A stretch of 64,000 nt of DNA from Ptychomitrium polyphyllum (lineage: Eukaryota), in assembly GCA_973851085.1 (NCBI GenBank), contig OZ316775.1, positions 5,332,001 through 5,396,000 on the forward strand. Direction: 5' to 3'. Shown here one piece after another: positions 48,921 to 63,326 of this stretch. The notes under the pieces are model-generated. The model had not been told where the DNA came from. It searched no databases and saw only the letters and a program-made list of their open reading frames with translations. Numbering within the stretch: position 1 is the first letter of the stretch; each line of letters begins with the position of its first letter. The position numbers were made by a program, and so were the translations under genes.

Positions 48921-51900
48921 ATACTAAAATTGCTTTGACTATTAAAGAATATATAGAAAATTATAATTATTACTTTGTTGCCTAGTTCTTAAAGTTTAAA
49001 CAATTGCAATAGGTTCTATAGTATAAATGAGGCTATGAGCATTTTAGAATCAATAGTAAGTCACTATAGTAGAAATTTTGAAAATAACTAAGGATTCAAC
49101 TAAATTCTTTTAGATGAAAAACTATGATAGTTAAAGCTTTAAAGAGGGATAAAGCCTTGGTGCTTGCACTATAGTTTTGAAAGTCTTCAATTGTATTGAA
49201 TCTTGAGCTTTTGTCTTGTTTTATTGCTTCATTACAATTATATATTCATTTCTATTATGAAAAGTTTGAATCGCAAGTATAAGTAGATCAACTATGAGTA
49301 ATTAATAATGATTATAACATGGTGATGCGGAGAATGTATATGATGGATTTGAATATAAAATAAGTTATAATAAAAGATTAGCTTTTATACTTGAATTAAA
49401 TTAGATTTTAGTAATCAATCATTGTTTTAGAAGATAGAAGCCATATAATTAATTAAAAATATGTTAAAGTTAATTTCTATTGTGAGCAAATTTACATTTT
49501 TTGCCTATTAAGTAATGAAATCATAATAGGTGAATAATAATATGTTAGCTAGTATAACGTCTTTGAGTAAGAAAGAACAATAGGAAATTTGATTTATGGA
49601 TGATAACATGAAGGCTTTGTAGATTGAAGCAATTGTGAATTATAATTAATGCAATTTTTAGTGAATAAGTGTGAGATCTAATAATAATTGCAAGCTGATT
49701 AGAAGTAGTATTTATCAAAAGATCAAATTTATAGTAACTTTAGTATGATATGAATGTTGAATATGAAAATTGAAATTTTATCTTGTTGAAAATTTTAACA
49801 ATTTTAAAGACTATGCATTGATACTTTGATTATAAGTAAATATTTCTTGATGAAAGAAGTAGCTATTAGAGAATATTTTGATATTGAAAAAATTGATCAT
49901 AAAAAAGGATTCTAATGTACCAATGGAAATAACTAGATTTATTATCTATTAGATATTATATATGGAAGATGCAAACTAATATGTTGGTTCAATCTATATA
50001 AATTTCTATAAAAAAAATCTTAAGTTTTTTATCAATTGGTTTGTGTGGTTGGAATTAATTTATTCTTTATCTAAGTTGTACACTTTACATTGGAATTTAG
50101 ACTCTCAAAACCTTAGAGTTATTCCATATATTCTGACTCATTTATTCTTGTAAAAAAATCAATTTTCAAAATTTTAAATTTCTATTGAGATTATAAAAAT
50201 TTTACTTACAATTGCATTACCTTAATATGTCTTATAGACAAGATAACTTTGATATATAGATTGTCTGATCTTAAGATTAAAGTGCTAATTTTGGATACTT
50301 TTACACAACTCAAAATGAACAACTATGCAGGCAATGCAGCATAAGAAGCTGGCTAATCAATTCTAAACTTCTGGACCACACTGCCCATTTTTCCCAAATC
50401 ACAGGAAGCAGAAGTGACCATCAATGCCTGATTTCCCAGACAATAGAAGCACTAAGAGCAAAAGAATATGTTGTCATTGCACTAGCTTAATTTTGATATT
50501 TCAAGTTTAGGATCTGATACATCATGCAACCACCAGACTTTCATCTGAAGGACAATTCTTGGTACCCTTACATAAAAAATGTTCATCATGGGCATGAACA
50601 AGGATGTAGTAAATTGATCAAATTTAGTATACTATTCATCAGCCTTAAAGAAAGTCAGCTTCATGAATGGTTCTAAAATCAAAGCCACGGTATTGAAAGA
50701 CTACAGACACAAGTATGCAAGCTACAGTTCATTGCAGCCATTAAGGCATTCAGGATATATCCTACATCATAAAGTATTGAAGGCCTACACTGACTTTTGA
50801 ACATTCAGTATTGTACATGCAATTTGTATTGCTTGACATGCATAGAATGGTAGCATTCCATTATTGAGACGAAAGTAGACCATCAAGTGATTCAAAAATG
50901 CTATAACAATTTACTCATGATAAATGTTTTCATAAATTTTTCTATATTCTAGCCTCCATAACCTTGTATAAAAAGTTCATACCGGTGACAATGAATGCCA
51001 ATTTAATGCAGCAATTGAATTATGCAGGAAAAAAAACAACCCCTCCAGTAATTATCTATCAACCAGGTCTTGAACGTTAAATTCACTTCCTTTTTGGTTC
51101 TATTTAACTTTTTGAAGGAGATACCCAACACGTTAAAAACCTAATTACTGGGATACCATGTGAACAATTGTTTTTATGGATTTTGGAAGTTCAACACTAG
51201 TTGCTTCTCACAATGGAGAGGAAAAATTCTTCAATGTACTGTCACACATTCCGTTGTCACTTCAGAGCCCATTCGTATTTTTGGTGATTCTTGCTGTGAT
51301 AACTGGAAAAACTTGAATCTAAAGCTGCTATTTTACAAACAGTGCATGATCAGATGCTGCATATCTATTGACTGAATTAGTTTGAGACCAATTCAATTTG
51401 AGGTGATGCACATTACAATGAGTCGCCATCTACAGTAGATTTGCTGTACATTATCACTTGTCACTTAGCCAGCTCCAACAAAGAATGCAAGGCAAGAAGA
51501 ACATTCTATTGACTCCTAAGTTTAAAATCTTGTCAATTCTCCATTGTCAGAACTGTTTTCCTGTTAATCGGTTGAAAAACAGATCCAGGTTTCGAGGAGA
51601 GCCCTGGGGCACTTCAGAGATGGATATTCTTTGGACAGATAACAAATTTCGCACCTTGGTTACTCTGAACTCTTGTACATGGTAACTGATAAAGGCATCG
51701 TGCTGCATGCACAACAAACGAGCTGCTCTACTGTACTGTAGTTCCTATCGTGACAAGTCGAATGAAAAATAGACACAATCTCATGTAGGTAGACATTCAC
51801 AAATGCAACATCTGAAACGTCAACACTTGTAACAACTGACGTAGAGCGAGCTCCAACGAAAATTGCAATGCAATGGAAAAGGAGGTGGAGCATTTCTTAC

Positions 51901-52944
51901 CCATTCACCATGCTTCCGTTCTCAACTGCCAAAATCTTTACTTGCAGAATTATCCCTTTCAAATCACAACTTTTCAATGGTACATCCTGGTTGGCAATAC
52001 AACAAACCAGTAAACCGTGCGATATCTCCAAGTTAACACAAAGCCAACTGTAAAATCGATGATATGATACATTTGTACTCAATGGTAGTACAATCGAAAG
52101 AATTCGGTACCTTCTGACCTGGAATTTGGGGGCTTCAAGGACACAAGCTGTAAACTTCACTACGACCTGACACCGACTTCATAATCTCCAGCAGTGGTTC
52201 AGCTCCTTTGCAAAGATGACGAAAACTAGTGAAGGCGAAGACTAATTCTTTTCTTCCTCCACCAGAATCTCAAAAATGGTGGACAATACCAGCAACTTAT
52301 TGGCATTCAAGATCCATCACAGCTTCAGAATACACGTGCAATATACCCGGAGTGCCTAAAATGCAAAAGAGAATCCAGCAGCAATATGGTTGAACTGATG
52401 GCAACTTGACAAGGAGGTATATGCTGAGGCAGTCTTGCTACCTTTCGAATCCTTTCAAAGTGAACACCTGCTGTAGCTGTTGAAGATTGCAGTTGAAAAT
52501 CTTCTAAAACACAATCTATCATTTCCCCAGGCTTCGCTCCGAGATGAGTTGCTGGGTAACTTAATTGTAACAGGCACTGCTGGGTGTATTCTTGAAACTT
52601 CCCAGTGCTGCAAGTATTGCCATATTGCTGAAACAGCAGTAAGCCAGGTCAGTAGCGCTCTACAAATACAGGCTCCAGTAGTCAACTCGAAAGAAAGCAG
52701 TAGACCAAGTAGGTTGTGAAGGTGACCAATACCCCAATTGGTTATATGTAGGCTTATCCCCTTCCATGGGTGACGCTATTTACCTCTCTTCCAACGGCCA
52801 ATACTTTTCAGTACAAAAACTTGCTATCTGATGCAAACCTGAGACTGGAGCATTACCAGAAAACAAGGGTTGCATATGGAACGAAAAGCATCCTCGATCA
52901 CACCCCAAGTCTACGAAAAGCTCAGGCTTAGAAGAGAGATCCGG

Positions 52945-54873
52945 TTATTTGACAAAAGCTTTTTCTGATGCTCTGAGTAGCAACAAAGCATACAGCTGCT
53001 CATTCCAAATATCAGGCACACCAGGAAGGCACCAATGAGCACAGTCCAAGGGAGGACCTCCACGGCTGTAGTTGAAAATGTGGCCATCAGGTCGAAAGGA
53101 TGATAGCCTTGTGATATTGAGTAAAGTAGCTCGCACATGCAAAGTGTCCCACACGTTATCCAGCACACCAGATTGCATGTATTGCCCGAGGGGCTGAAGA
53201 TGGGTCTCATTCATGATGGGAAAGGCGCTGTTTAAGCAAGACTTTCTGAACCAGTGACTGGGTTCAAAGCTTCGAAAAAAGACGTGCGCAACATCTGGGT
53301 TAAGTTGCTCGTTTACCCAGGCAGCCCAAGTTGCTACAGCAATTCTGTATGCTTCTTCCATCTTCATACCAAGACGAATGCTTGACCCCACTTGAAAGTA
53401 GCATCCCCTGCCATACCCGTGCTGGTTAGTTCTTCATATTCAGCAACGATAAGCATCTTGCAAGATCAAGCCTTTCTTTCTGTTCACAATCAGAGAACAC
53501 CGAAACTTCCAGTACTACAACAAAAACAAGCTATAACGTCAATTTCAACACTTCTATAATTCACTTTAAAAACAGATAGAAAGAACCTGGAGCTAGAGTC
53601 TTACGAACGGTAGGTTTTTGTAGTAGTCCACCAGTGGCCAGTATTGAAGACAAGAACATCGGCCCCTTCCCATTGACTACTAACGGACTCCAGCTCATCA
53701 AGCTTTAGTGTTGCCACTGCTCGTTTGGGTGAATGTCTAGGAGGACGACCTAGTCGCACAAGCCAAGGAGATCTATAATATTCCACGGTTACATTGAAAC
53801 CAGGAAACCTTACTGCTAGATAAGGAGCTGTTTTCGTGATAACTCTGCCGCCAGTTTCCTTAACCAGAGTCTTATCATGGGCTCCAGCCATTAAAAGACA
53901 TACAAGAGACTCCCACTGGGTCCTGCCCATAGAGTCTCCAACGAATGCAAGCCGCTTATTCTTAAATCTTGTGAGCATGTCCTGAGCATTGAATCTGATC
54001 AACCAAAACGTCCTTTGTAAGTATAATTTGCATTAAGCTCGATTTTCAAAAATAAAGGGGTCAAAGATCATGGGGTAGCAAATCGATCGATCTTCAAAAC
54101 CACTAGACTAACGCAATGGTACTTCTGCAGCCATCAATTATTTTTCTAGCTGCATATCGCCAAATTTCTATTTCACGATCGCCCAACTGCATGTATACCA
54201 ACATTTCAATTCCGATACAAGTGATTTTTTCGGTTGTCCAAGAAAAAAATAACATTATGGAGCTACAAAATGAAGGTCACATAGCACCTAACTAACTGTA
54301 TTTGGTTAATTCTAGGTATTCAGTTAGAAGTAGGGTTAAATTTTCTATTTAAAATAACTCATAAAAAATGCTCCCGTCCAATCTCTCAAACCAACGCACA
54401 AACGTTTTAATGCTTCAGCAACACAATCAGCTACTTGCTTAGTCTATTTCAAGATTGAAAAAGTACAGAAAGACTGACCTTGGCATATTACAATCACGAG
54501 GCTGCCAGCGCCAGTTCCGGTACAGCAGATCTGCCCTTCCATTCTCAGCACATCGAAATCCTGGCTCAGCAAACGAGCAATTTGTATACAAAGGATATGC
54601 TTCATCATACACCCAGCTTCCAGTGAATAGGTCACACAAGGGAGACAACATGGGGAGCCCGTTCATTGGCCCCAGGCTTACAAGAGGAATGAGGGCATGC
54701 CAAGGCCTGAAGATGGAGTCCAAGATAAGCAGCGACAGTATGAACAAAATTGTCAGGAAGATGAGAAACGTGACCCTAGGGCGGAAGATTACACTCATCG
54801 AGCGCTGCATCCTTTCTCCTATACTCCGCCATCGAGAGCTTCGGGCCACAGACAAAACAGCAATCCGACCCAT
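52945..54873 (-). CDS. TBL: Trichome birefringence-like (PMR5N + PC-esterase/DUF231) polysaccharide O-acetyltransferase, 415 aa
   Basis: Exons 54873-54479, 53994-53605, 53407-52945 (GT-AG, phases 2/2, 1248 nt). N-terminal TM helix, CDLFTGSWVYD...CAENGR..LYRNWRWQPRDC, GDS motif (FVGDSMGR), FNTGHWW and DxxH motif (DCAHWCLPG). Confidence 0.95.
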
Positions 54874-56139
54874 GGCGATCACTCGAGACGCTAGAGAAGT
54901 TAGAACTTCGTCTGACTTGGAAAGAAATAGGCATTCTTATCATCTGGATAAGTGCAAACAAAGTTGGCAGACCACTGCTACTGCTTACTGCCCTCCAAAG
55001 CGCAAGACATGAATTATTGGATCTGCATGAGGACCGGGTTAATAAGGTGAGTAACAAAATTGAAGAAAAATGACAGAATTTACGCCCTTTGAAAGACAGA
55101 GCGAGAGTTTCTTAGATCATCAAGGGGTTCAACTAACGGAGCAGAAGGAAGCTCAGCTCCACGAGAAAGCAAAATCATCACCTTAGCTCAACGTTGGCGA
55201 GTTACTCACATCGTGCATCAAACAATGTAAGATCAAACCGCCACACCTGGCATATCATGAACTCAGCATCCCAAGCTGAGTTCATGCAAATCCATCAAAC
55301 TACCACAAATAAAAACCGCAACCCTAACCAGACCTTTCCACACAAATCGCCAATCAATACTCTCTCCCACAAAACAACTACCCAGCCTCACACTTGCTTA
55401 AAAAAGAATCGAAAACGACGAAAATTTTACCAAGCGATATCTCCCAAACGACTCATACTCAGCGCTGGTGTCAAATCATCACGAAAAAGCGCAGAACTCA
55501 TCAGCTCGAAAAGCTGCCCTACACACTCAACGAGCGAGCAAATGATGAAATTTCGTAGACTTAATTGAAAATGAAGGCACGAAAAGAAGTTGGCTCAGCA
55601 AGCGCTTTCCTGACCGATTCAAGGTCCGCGCCATGTGCATACTCCCGCCAGTGCAGAAGCCAACGAGCCAACGAGCCAACGAGCCTCGCTTAAAGTTGCG
55701 CTGTCACTGCATTGAGCAAGCGACCGAGCAAATGACGAGGAGCTTGTCTAAAGGGACACAATGGGGATGATGTCGGTCTGGAGTTCTGATCGAGCACTGC
55801 AGACGAGATACCACGAAAGGAACAGTAAACTCTGCAGTGGCCAAGCCACCAACATGAATCAAGAATCTGTTGCACAGCCCACTAGAATCTAGACAGCGCA
55901 TCCTACCCTCACTGCCTTCTCGAAGGTAGACTCTATGTAGTCTAGATAGGGCATGCTACCCATAATGCTCTCTCTTCATTTGCTCTGATCGAGTAAATGA
56001 AACTGATCGAGCAAATGAAGAGGAGCTTTGTTCAAGGCAGAGTACTCTAAGTAATCTAGATAGCATACTGTGAGGAGCATGAGGTGGGGCTAGGGCAATA
56101 GTACAGTGAGCTGAAGCAACAACAGTCGATCAGAGATTC

Positions 56140-56316
56140 TCCCTCTCACTCTCTCACTCTCCCTCACACTCGCACACTCTCTCTCACACTCTCACACTCT
56201 CACACACTCTCACACTCCCACTCTCACACTCTCTCTCACACCCTCTTACTCTCTCTTACTCTCTCTCACACTCTCTCACTCTCTCACTCCCTCTCACTCC
56301 CTCTCACTCCCTCCCT
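56140..56316. repeat. Compound (CT)/(CA) microsatellite (GAGA-like on the minus strand) upstream of TBL
   Basis: ctctcacact-type units repeated imperfectly over about 175 bp. Confidence 0.85.
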
Positions 56317-56646
56317 CGGAAACGAGAAGAACAGTGAGATTCCAGTCCGAGGAGCCTGGCCTCTGGGACTCGGCCGCGGCGGCACACTAGACTTGCACCA
56401 GCACGGCCTGCAACACCACAGCTTCCTCGCCTGCATCGCTACTACTCCACTGGCATGAGCAGTTTCTCATCCGTCTCCGTCTCCGGCCGTGGCAGTGGTG
56501 GCAGTGGCAGTGACCCCATGAATGAGCTTTGAGGATGGTCATCCATTCTTCTGTAGTCTCTGCCGATGATGAATTCGTCTATAAATGGAGCTCTCATCCT
56601 CATGGGCGAGTGAGTACCTGCGTTGCACTTCTAGGAACACTCCTGG

Positions 56647-56741
56647 TCATGGCACTCAGATCTCTCCTCTACATGAGCTTCATGAGCTTCATGGCACTCA
56701 GATCTCTCCTCTCATGAGCTTCATGAGCTTCATGAGCTTCA
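56647..56741. repeat. Compound tandem repeat (catggcactcagatctctcctct x2; catgagctt x5)
   Basis: Directly visible in the sequence. Confidence 0.85.
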
Positions 56742-59700
56742 GTTGTCGACGTTTTCATGTCCGTCGCCAATACCTGTGCACCATTGGTTACTACACTTTG
56801 GTTACACTCACTCCTGCAATGTCCATTGGTGTCCTTTTTGTATTAGAATGATAATAATGACAACAACAATGACAATACTAATAGTGGCAAGGACAATACT
56901 AATAGTGGTAATAGTGGTATTACTGATAGTAGGGTGACTTTTAAAAGAATAATATTTCTTGAATATTAGAAGACTTAGTGAAAAGCTGTAACCTTAGTTT
57001 TGAAGTGTAATGTACACCTTAAAATGTCCACAATGACAAATTATCATTGTTTTGGAGCTTTTTGTCAATACTTAGATGTTTAAGGATTAATAAATTAGCA
57101 TCACGTCAACGTAAATTAAACAAAGAAGTATAAATGTTTATAACAATGACAATGAGGATGTGCAAATAATATCCTAAAAAAGAGCTAGATTTATATTTAG
57201 TCAAATTGCACATAATTACATCTTTTCTATAGATAAAAAAAATGCAAAACAAAACTTGATTAAATTAAAGTAATGACGTTTTTTTATTACTTTTATCTAT
57301 CTAAACAAAAAAAATGTACAAAATTGGAAACAATGCATTTTCATGAATCAACTTGAATAAAAACAAAGCCTATTTTGGAAAATTTACACTTTCTATCAAT
57401 TAACAACAATTCACTTCTTCCACAAACAAACATCTACTTACAATAATTCACTTTTTCCACCGACATTCCTTCCACCAATACAAGAACCTTATTCAATTTC
57501 AAAACTATTTGAATTTTCAACTCGTTTTAATTGTTGTTAACACTAAACCATCATTTTCAATACCAAAAATATAACCAAAGAAAATCTAATTGAAGGACAT
57601 CATATATTTGAGAGGTACAAAAGGATGATTATAAAATTTCCAACCTTTCAAATTGCTCCTAGTATATTTTCCGTATTATATAAAAAATAAGTCATTATCA
57701 TATAGACATTTAATAATATGTTTTTATTATTATTTATTGTTCAAATATTCAATTTATAAATGAAATAAGAACTAAGAAAATAAATTCATGAATAAATATG
57801 GAATAAGAACCATATTAGCAAACTATCATTTTTCCTTTGTTATTTTTCCTTAGAACCTTTATACAAGCCAATTAGCTTATTATTGAAAATTTTACTTAAA
57901 TGTCATTAGAACTTTGTTCTTAAATATTATAGCATGCATTGTAAACAAAATTTCCTTAATAGAATTAGTTTTCTTAAACAATGTAGGTATACTCTAGCAA
58001 CTTAGTGCAAATGAAGCATATATAAGTATTAAATTTTTTGTACAAGTTACAATTATAAAGTATAAGTCTAAGCTATAGTGTACAAGTTGCAATTCTACAA
58101 ATCTATACAAATAGTTGCCAAAACTTCCATTATATGCTATAATAATGCTTTATTACTTCATATCTTGGTATGAAAACTTCATTTTTCTTCCAAAACCTAA
58201 TATTAAAAGAATCATAATAAGATAAAGATAATTAGGAAAAAATTGAGGGAAAATAAAATGCAATTGAAGGGAAATGGATATAAAATGAAAACTAAAAGTT
58301 TAAAGAAAAGAAATGACTATAAAATGACATCTTATAATTTTTAATATGACAAGAAATCATGATCATGAAAAAATGTCAAATAATTATATGTTGAAACAAG
58401 AAAATGCTCAATAGTGATTTGTTATGGATTAAAATGAAATTTGTTATTGATTTGCTAAAATCTCATTTTTTATTTCAAATCACAAGGTTAAATAATATAA
58501 GCCAAATCTAAGGTGTGTGAAATTATTTAAAATTTTTATTTTGAAATCATCAAAATAATACTTGTATTTCTTAACTAATTAATTAAACAAAACAAAAATA
58601 TTTCAAATACTAAACTCTAAATCAAATTTTAGAAAGTAGATTGATTTATCTGAATAATTTGGTCAAAAAGATGTAGAGATTGTCATGTATCTAACAAACT
58701 CAAACTCAAACAAGGTCGTCAATCTGTTAATGCACTTACTCATTTGAGTGAAGGGCTTGGCACATCCTCTCTTCTTTTAGGGGTTGAGCTAAACATTCAA
58801 TAACATAAAACATTGCCTAGCACTAGATTTCCCATGGCATCATACTGTTAATCTTGAAAATAATAAACATGACAAATCCAGAGTGGAATGCAGAGTGCCA
58901 TAAGTCATGACAACTCCTGCTTTTGGAGCTACAGTCGTCAATCAAAACTTATAAGAACTGCACTTTCTTCAAGCTCACAATTTGGCCAGAGCTACTGTAA
59001 CTTGGTGACCAGGTGAACATAGATCTTTAAGTGCAGCTTTTCACCAACACATTACAGTGTGCAGCAGATTGTGAGATGTGGTTGGGAGGAAGTCAGTCAC
59101 TCTAAGAGAGTCTAGCTAGAGAGAGTAAGCTTTTAGGAAATTTACATAGCATGAGAAAAAAACAGAAAAGCTTGAAATTAATGATGAAAGGGCAGAATTT
59201 CATTTCTTCCAATTATAGAGGTCAATTATAGTGGGGCCAAGTCAATAGCATCACAATCAGTTACACCTGTAACTTCCGTAATCAGTGCACTAAGTCCTGA
59301 ACAGCAAAGCAAATATTCTGTCACGATTGTCACCCTTGCATAGCACTGGACAGAGTACTCCCGTATCTGCTCCAAACATCATTGCCTCTTCTCTCCATGT
59401 GCAGTCCTCAACACACAAAGATGGCTGGAATTGACTCAAGACCCAATCCTAAATCCTCAGCCTGACAGGTTCCAGTTGGAGTCTACATACTCGTAACCAA
59501 GATTCACACTGCTTTTACAGATACAGCTGTCCTAGAAAAAAGAGAACCAGCTTTTGCACCAGGACATCACCACAACATCACCCATAACATCACCTCCTAG
59601 GTTCCGCACAAACTTTGTTCTAAGGTTCACACTAACCACAGTGCACTACACTCCAGGAAATATGCCCTTGCCGAGACAAATATTTATACAAATACCACGC

Positions 59701-60383
59701 AAAAAATCACTACTGTGATACCCAACCCAGCAATATTGTCAAATTCAATAGCTTTTATAAAGAGCTTTTAGCTCTTCTCCATTCCAAGGTCTGCAGGTCT
59801 CACAGCACATGTACTGGCCGACAGCAACATCAACTTCCCGAGCAAGCCGCAGCTGGAGTAGCTGGAACAGGCTGTAATAGGAAAAAACCACAAAATTTTA
59901 GATCAGAACTGACTAGAGCCTATGAACAGACAATCTCACAATCTGGGGAGTTAAGAGTGGGAACAATGTGAGGAGCAACCATGGGATGGTTACATCATGG
60001 CTCAGATGATATCTCCTTGTCCTTTCACATTCATCTTGTGACTCTTGGGCCCACAAACCCACAAATACAGTGGTTTTGATTGCCTTGACTAGGAATTGAC
60101 TTTGTGAGGAACTTTGGTTGTATCGGAACACAGTGCTGCATAACACCTACATCTTGAAAAGAAGCAGCCTAAGAATTCATCAAGCTCAACTCTAAAATTC
60201 TATCGATGTAGCATTTCACGGTGGAAGGTAGCCTTGTAAGATATTAACATTAAAAAATTGCCTGCAAGCACTAGGATTGCAGTCGATCGACCTTCCTAAG
60301 GATACAGAACACTTGGATTGAGGAGCCCCAAACCAGGAATCCTCACCATAATGTAAACCAATAACACGGCCAAGGAAGCATAT

Positions 60384-63326
60384 TTAACGAGGATGCACTA
60401 CCCCAGTTTCCCGCAAATACTCTACAAACTCGTCAATCAAATATGGCCAGGCGCCTTCAGCATCATAATTCGAAAGTGTAGGATCGATCGCCTGTGTAAC
60501 AAACCAACAAGCTATTAGTTGGGCATTGCAAAATATTCAAATTAAGTGGTACGAGCGCCAACGTGTTGTTTTCTGTCGATTAAACAACTGCTGCCGACAC
60601 ACAAGGTATCTAACATCCAGACAGCACTTGATGCACAGGTTGGAACTTGGAAGAAAGTAGCTAAGAGTGCTATCAGTCATCACCAGTTCTCAATAAGAAC
60701 CAAACAGACCATGATCTGATGATCCTACTACAAGCAATAATATTCAAGTGATTAGGATTTGCAAATGAACACGAATGGTGACGTAGACTAACCCTGGAAA
60801 ATTCAAGAAGTTGAGCCCAAGTATCCTTTGAGATGGCTTTGTTATGCTTAGCCTGTACAACCAAACCCTGCATTCAGAAGAATAGAGGAATTGCCTAATA
60901 AAAAGACAAAAAAAAGAAGTAAGGTGACCACAAGATTTGCCCATACAGTTATATGATGCAGAAAACGTACTTGCAGGAACTGGCACCATGGTTCTACGAG
61001 AGGCCATACGCGCTCTGCAAATAGTAGCCGCCACATGCCTAGAGCAGTATCCAGCGCCAGTGATTTTTGGCCCTGTGTGATCACGACAAGGTTTTGTGAT
61101 TAATCAACTTCGAGCTTCAAGTTGACTTGAGTTCACAGACACTACTTTGAACAAGTGCAGTACACAAACAGAAAGATGAAAGAAAGAGACCGAATAAATC
61201 AGGGTAAACAAAACGCTAGCATAGCAATTCAAAGGTATATGATCCAAAGAAGAAGCTAGCCATACTTCATAGTTCGGGAAGTATTATACAAATAGCAAGC
61301 ACTCTCGGGGTGCAGCGAAGCTACATGACATGGATGCTTCCAAGTCGGACTAGTAGATGAGATTGTGACTTTCTAAAAGACAATGCACAGTTTGCCCTTA
61401 CCTTCTAATTACAGGAAACAAAGCAATAGACACAAATTACTCATTTAGATGATGACAAGGTACTAATGCTGACCTTTTCTTTGGCCCAACTGAAGGCGAA
61501 GTTGTAAATCTCCCGAAATTTGTCTGCAGAGAGGAAAAGTCAGTAAGCTCAGGCCAAAATTCCTGACAAGACGTAACAGTAACTTACGATGGACACCTCC
61601 AAATCCCGTCTCCTTCAAAGACTTCATAATTTCATTTTACTGAAGTCCGTGTCGGAAAGGACGTTGTAAATAACAAGTTTCTAACAAGAACATTTTGCAC
61701 ATCTAAATCTGATTTCAGGACAACGTTTCTTACTTTCGTCTTTCAGCTCTGCTCGGATGGACGGAATGAGGGACTTAAGTTTGTCGAGTGAGTCCACCCT
61801 GTCACGAACAACAACCCCCGACTTCATCAAACACTGAGAACATGGCCGGCATTGCTCCAAGGACGACTGCAAAGACTGACAAATATCCCTTGCGACGAAC
61901 TCACAAAGTCCTAATGCCGCTACATCTATGGAGGATCTAAATTTTGTTAATGCAACGCACCAAGCCCGTGTAACCATCTATAAGCAACATGCTTTAAATA
62001 ACCACTAAAAAAGTTCGCACCAAAAAAGACTGCACTCCGGTCTTTGCAATACCAGATTCAGATTTACATACAAAATTACAAGTTTTACAATTTTAAGATG
62101 AATTAATGCAGTTACGTACGATACTGTATACATGTACAACTACAAATAACTAGCTCTGCAGCAAATAGTGGAAGAAATAGAGACCATTTCTCACCCTAAA
62201 GATTGGAGACCGCCAATAAACTCCTGCTTTGAGAACTCGCACATAGTGGCAGCTTTCATATGCCAAGAGATGACAAGCTGCGAGTAATTAAGAGTTATAG
62301 TTAAACATCTGTCAGTTACTGAAACAAGGACCAAAAATACTGAAGCAGGCATTACTGACGGATGAGCTGTAAAGACTAGTTATATTTTAATCAACACAAG
62401 TATTTGCAACGTTTCCAACGCTTTGGCAAGCTCAATATTTGGTAACTGAGACCCAAGAAGATGCTTACCATTACGACATCTCCAGGGTCTACCTGCATGC
62501 CATGGAATGCAGAGATCAAAAGACTCGTCGATATTTAGTATAATATGTAGGCATGAAAACAGGTACAATGATCAGGGTTGCCTAATTTGGCTTCCCAACC
62601 TCAAACTAATACCAAGTAGTACTCCCTCAAAATCCACACTCAGAAACTTCAAATTTGGTGGGAGCACATCTCTATGTACTCAACCAATATTTGGCTCCCA
62701 AATCAACACTCGAAAGTGATTATATTGTTGAGAAGCAAGCTAAACTGTTTCATTCAGATTTTGGTTTACTTCACAAATTCATAAATAAATCCTTACCTGT
62801 AAATCATCACAGAAGGCTGAAACCCCATCGACCATAATCATATCTGAATAGGCATCTGATCACATCAGAAAAAGAAAAAGAGAATATCCATCAGAAGAAA
62901 GGGATGTCACGTCTGAAAAAAGGAGTAACAACAATCTCTCGAGCTTCTCATTATACCTTTGTATCTGAGATAAAACTCTTCGAGATATCGAGGGTCTGTG
63001 AGTGGCCTCGCAGGTGGCTGGTTGTAAAAAATTTCAAAAGCTCCTTCTAAATTCCAATCGCTGGCCTTCAAAGCTGTCAGGGCAGCTTTCTCGCTGCAGC
63101 AAAGAAAACCTTAGTAAGAACCATAATCGTATCTGACCACCACACAGTCATACGAGGGTAGAGCACCCAACGAACACAATATTGAAGCTTTTGAATCGTA
63201 TAAAAAACATCCAAGGCGCCAAAGAAGGACCAAGCAAGACGCTAAAGTGGTGATAGAAGTGTACTTTGCTCCAGCAATAGTCATGAACTGCTGGACCTTG
63301 TCCCGATGCCCCCTGCCAAGCTTGTT
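60384..63326 (-). CDS. DCN1: DCN1-like protein (UBA-like + PONY/cullin-binding domain; neddylation E3), about 250 aa; ATG exon upstream and unresolved
   Basis: Exons: 63326-63265, 63093-62957, 62855-62797, 62492-62469, 62277-62195, 61798-61734, 61523-61474, 61072-60971, 60852-60793, 60491-60384 (750 nt, phases consistent). Motifs [80 protein letters not shown]. Candidate ATG|GT at 63825-63823. Confidence 0.93.

Noticed and set aside
54455..55012. 185-aa plus-strand ORF
   Set aside because: Antisense shadow of TBL exon 1 with a non-ATG start and no motifs.
60298..60305. GTATCCTT (U12 donor-like) on the minus strand within the DCN1 3' region
   Set aside because: No convincing U12 branch point/acceptor was identified downstream; a single 8-mer can occur by chance.
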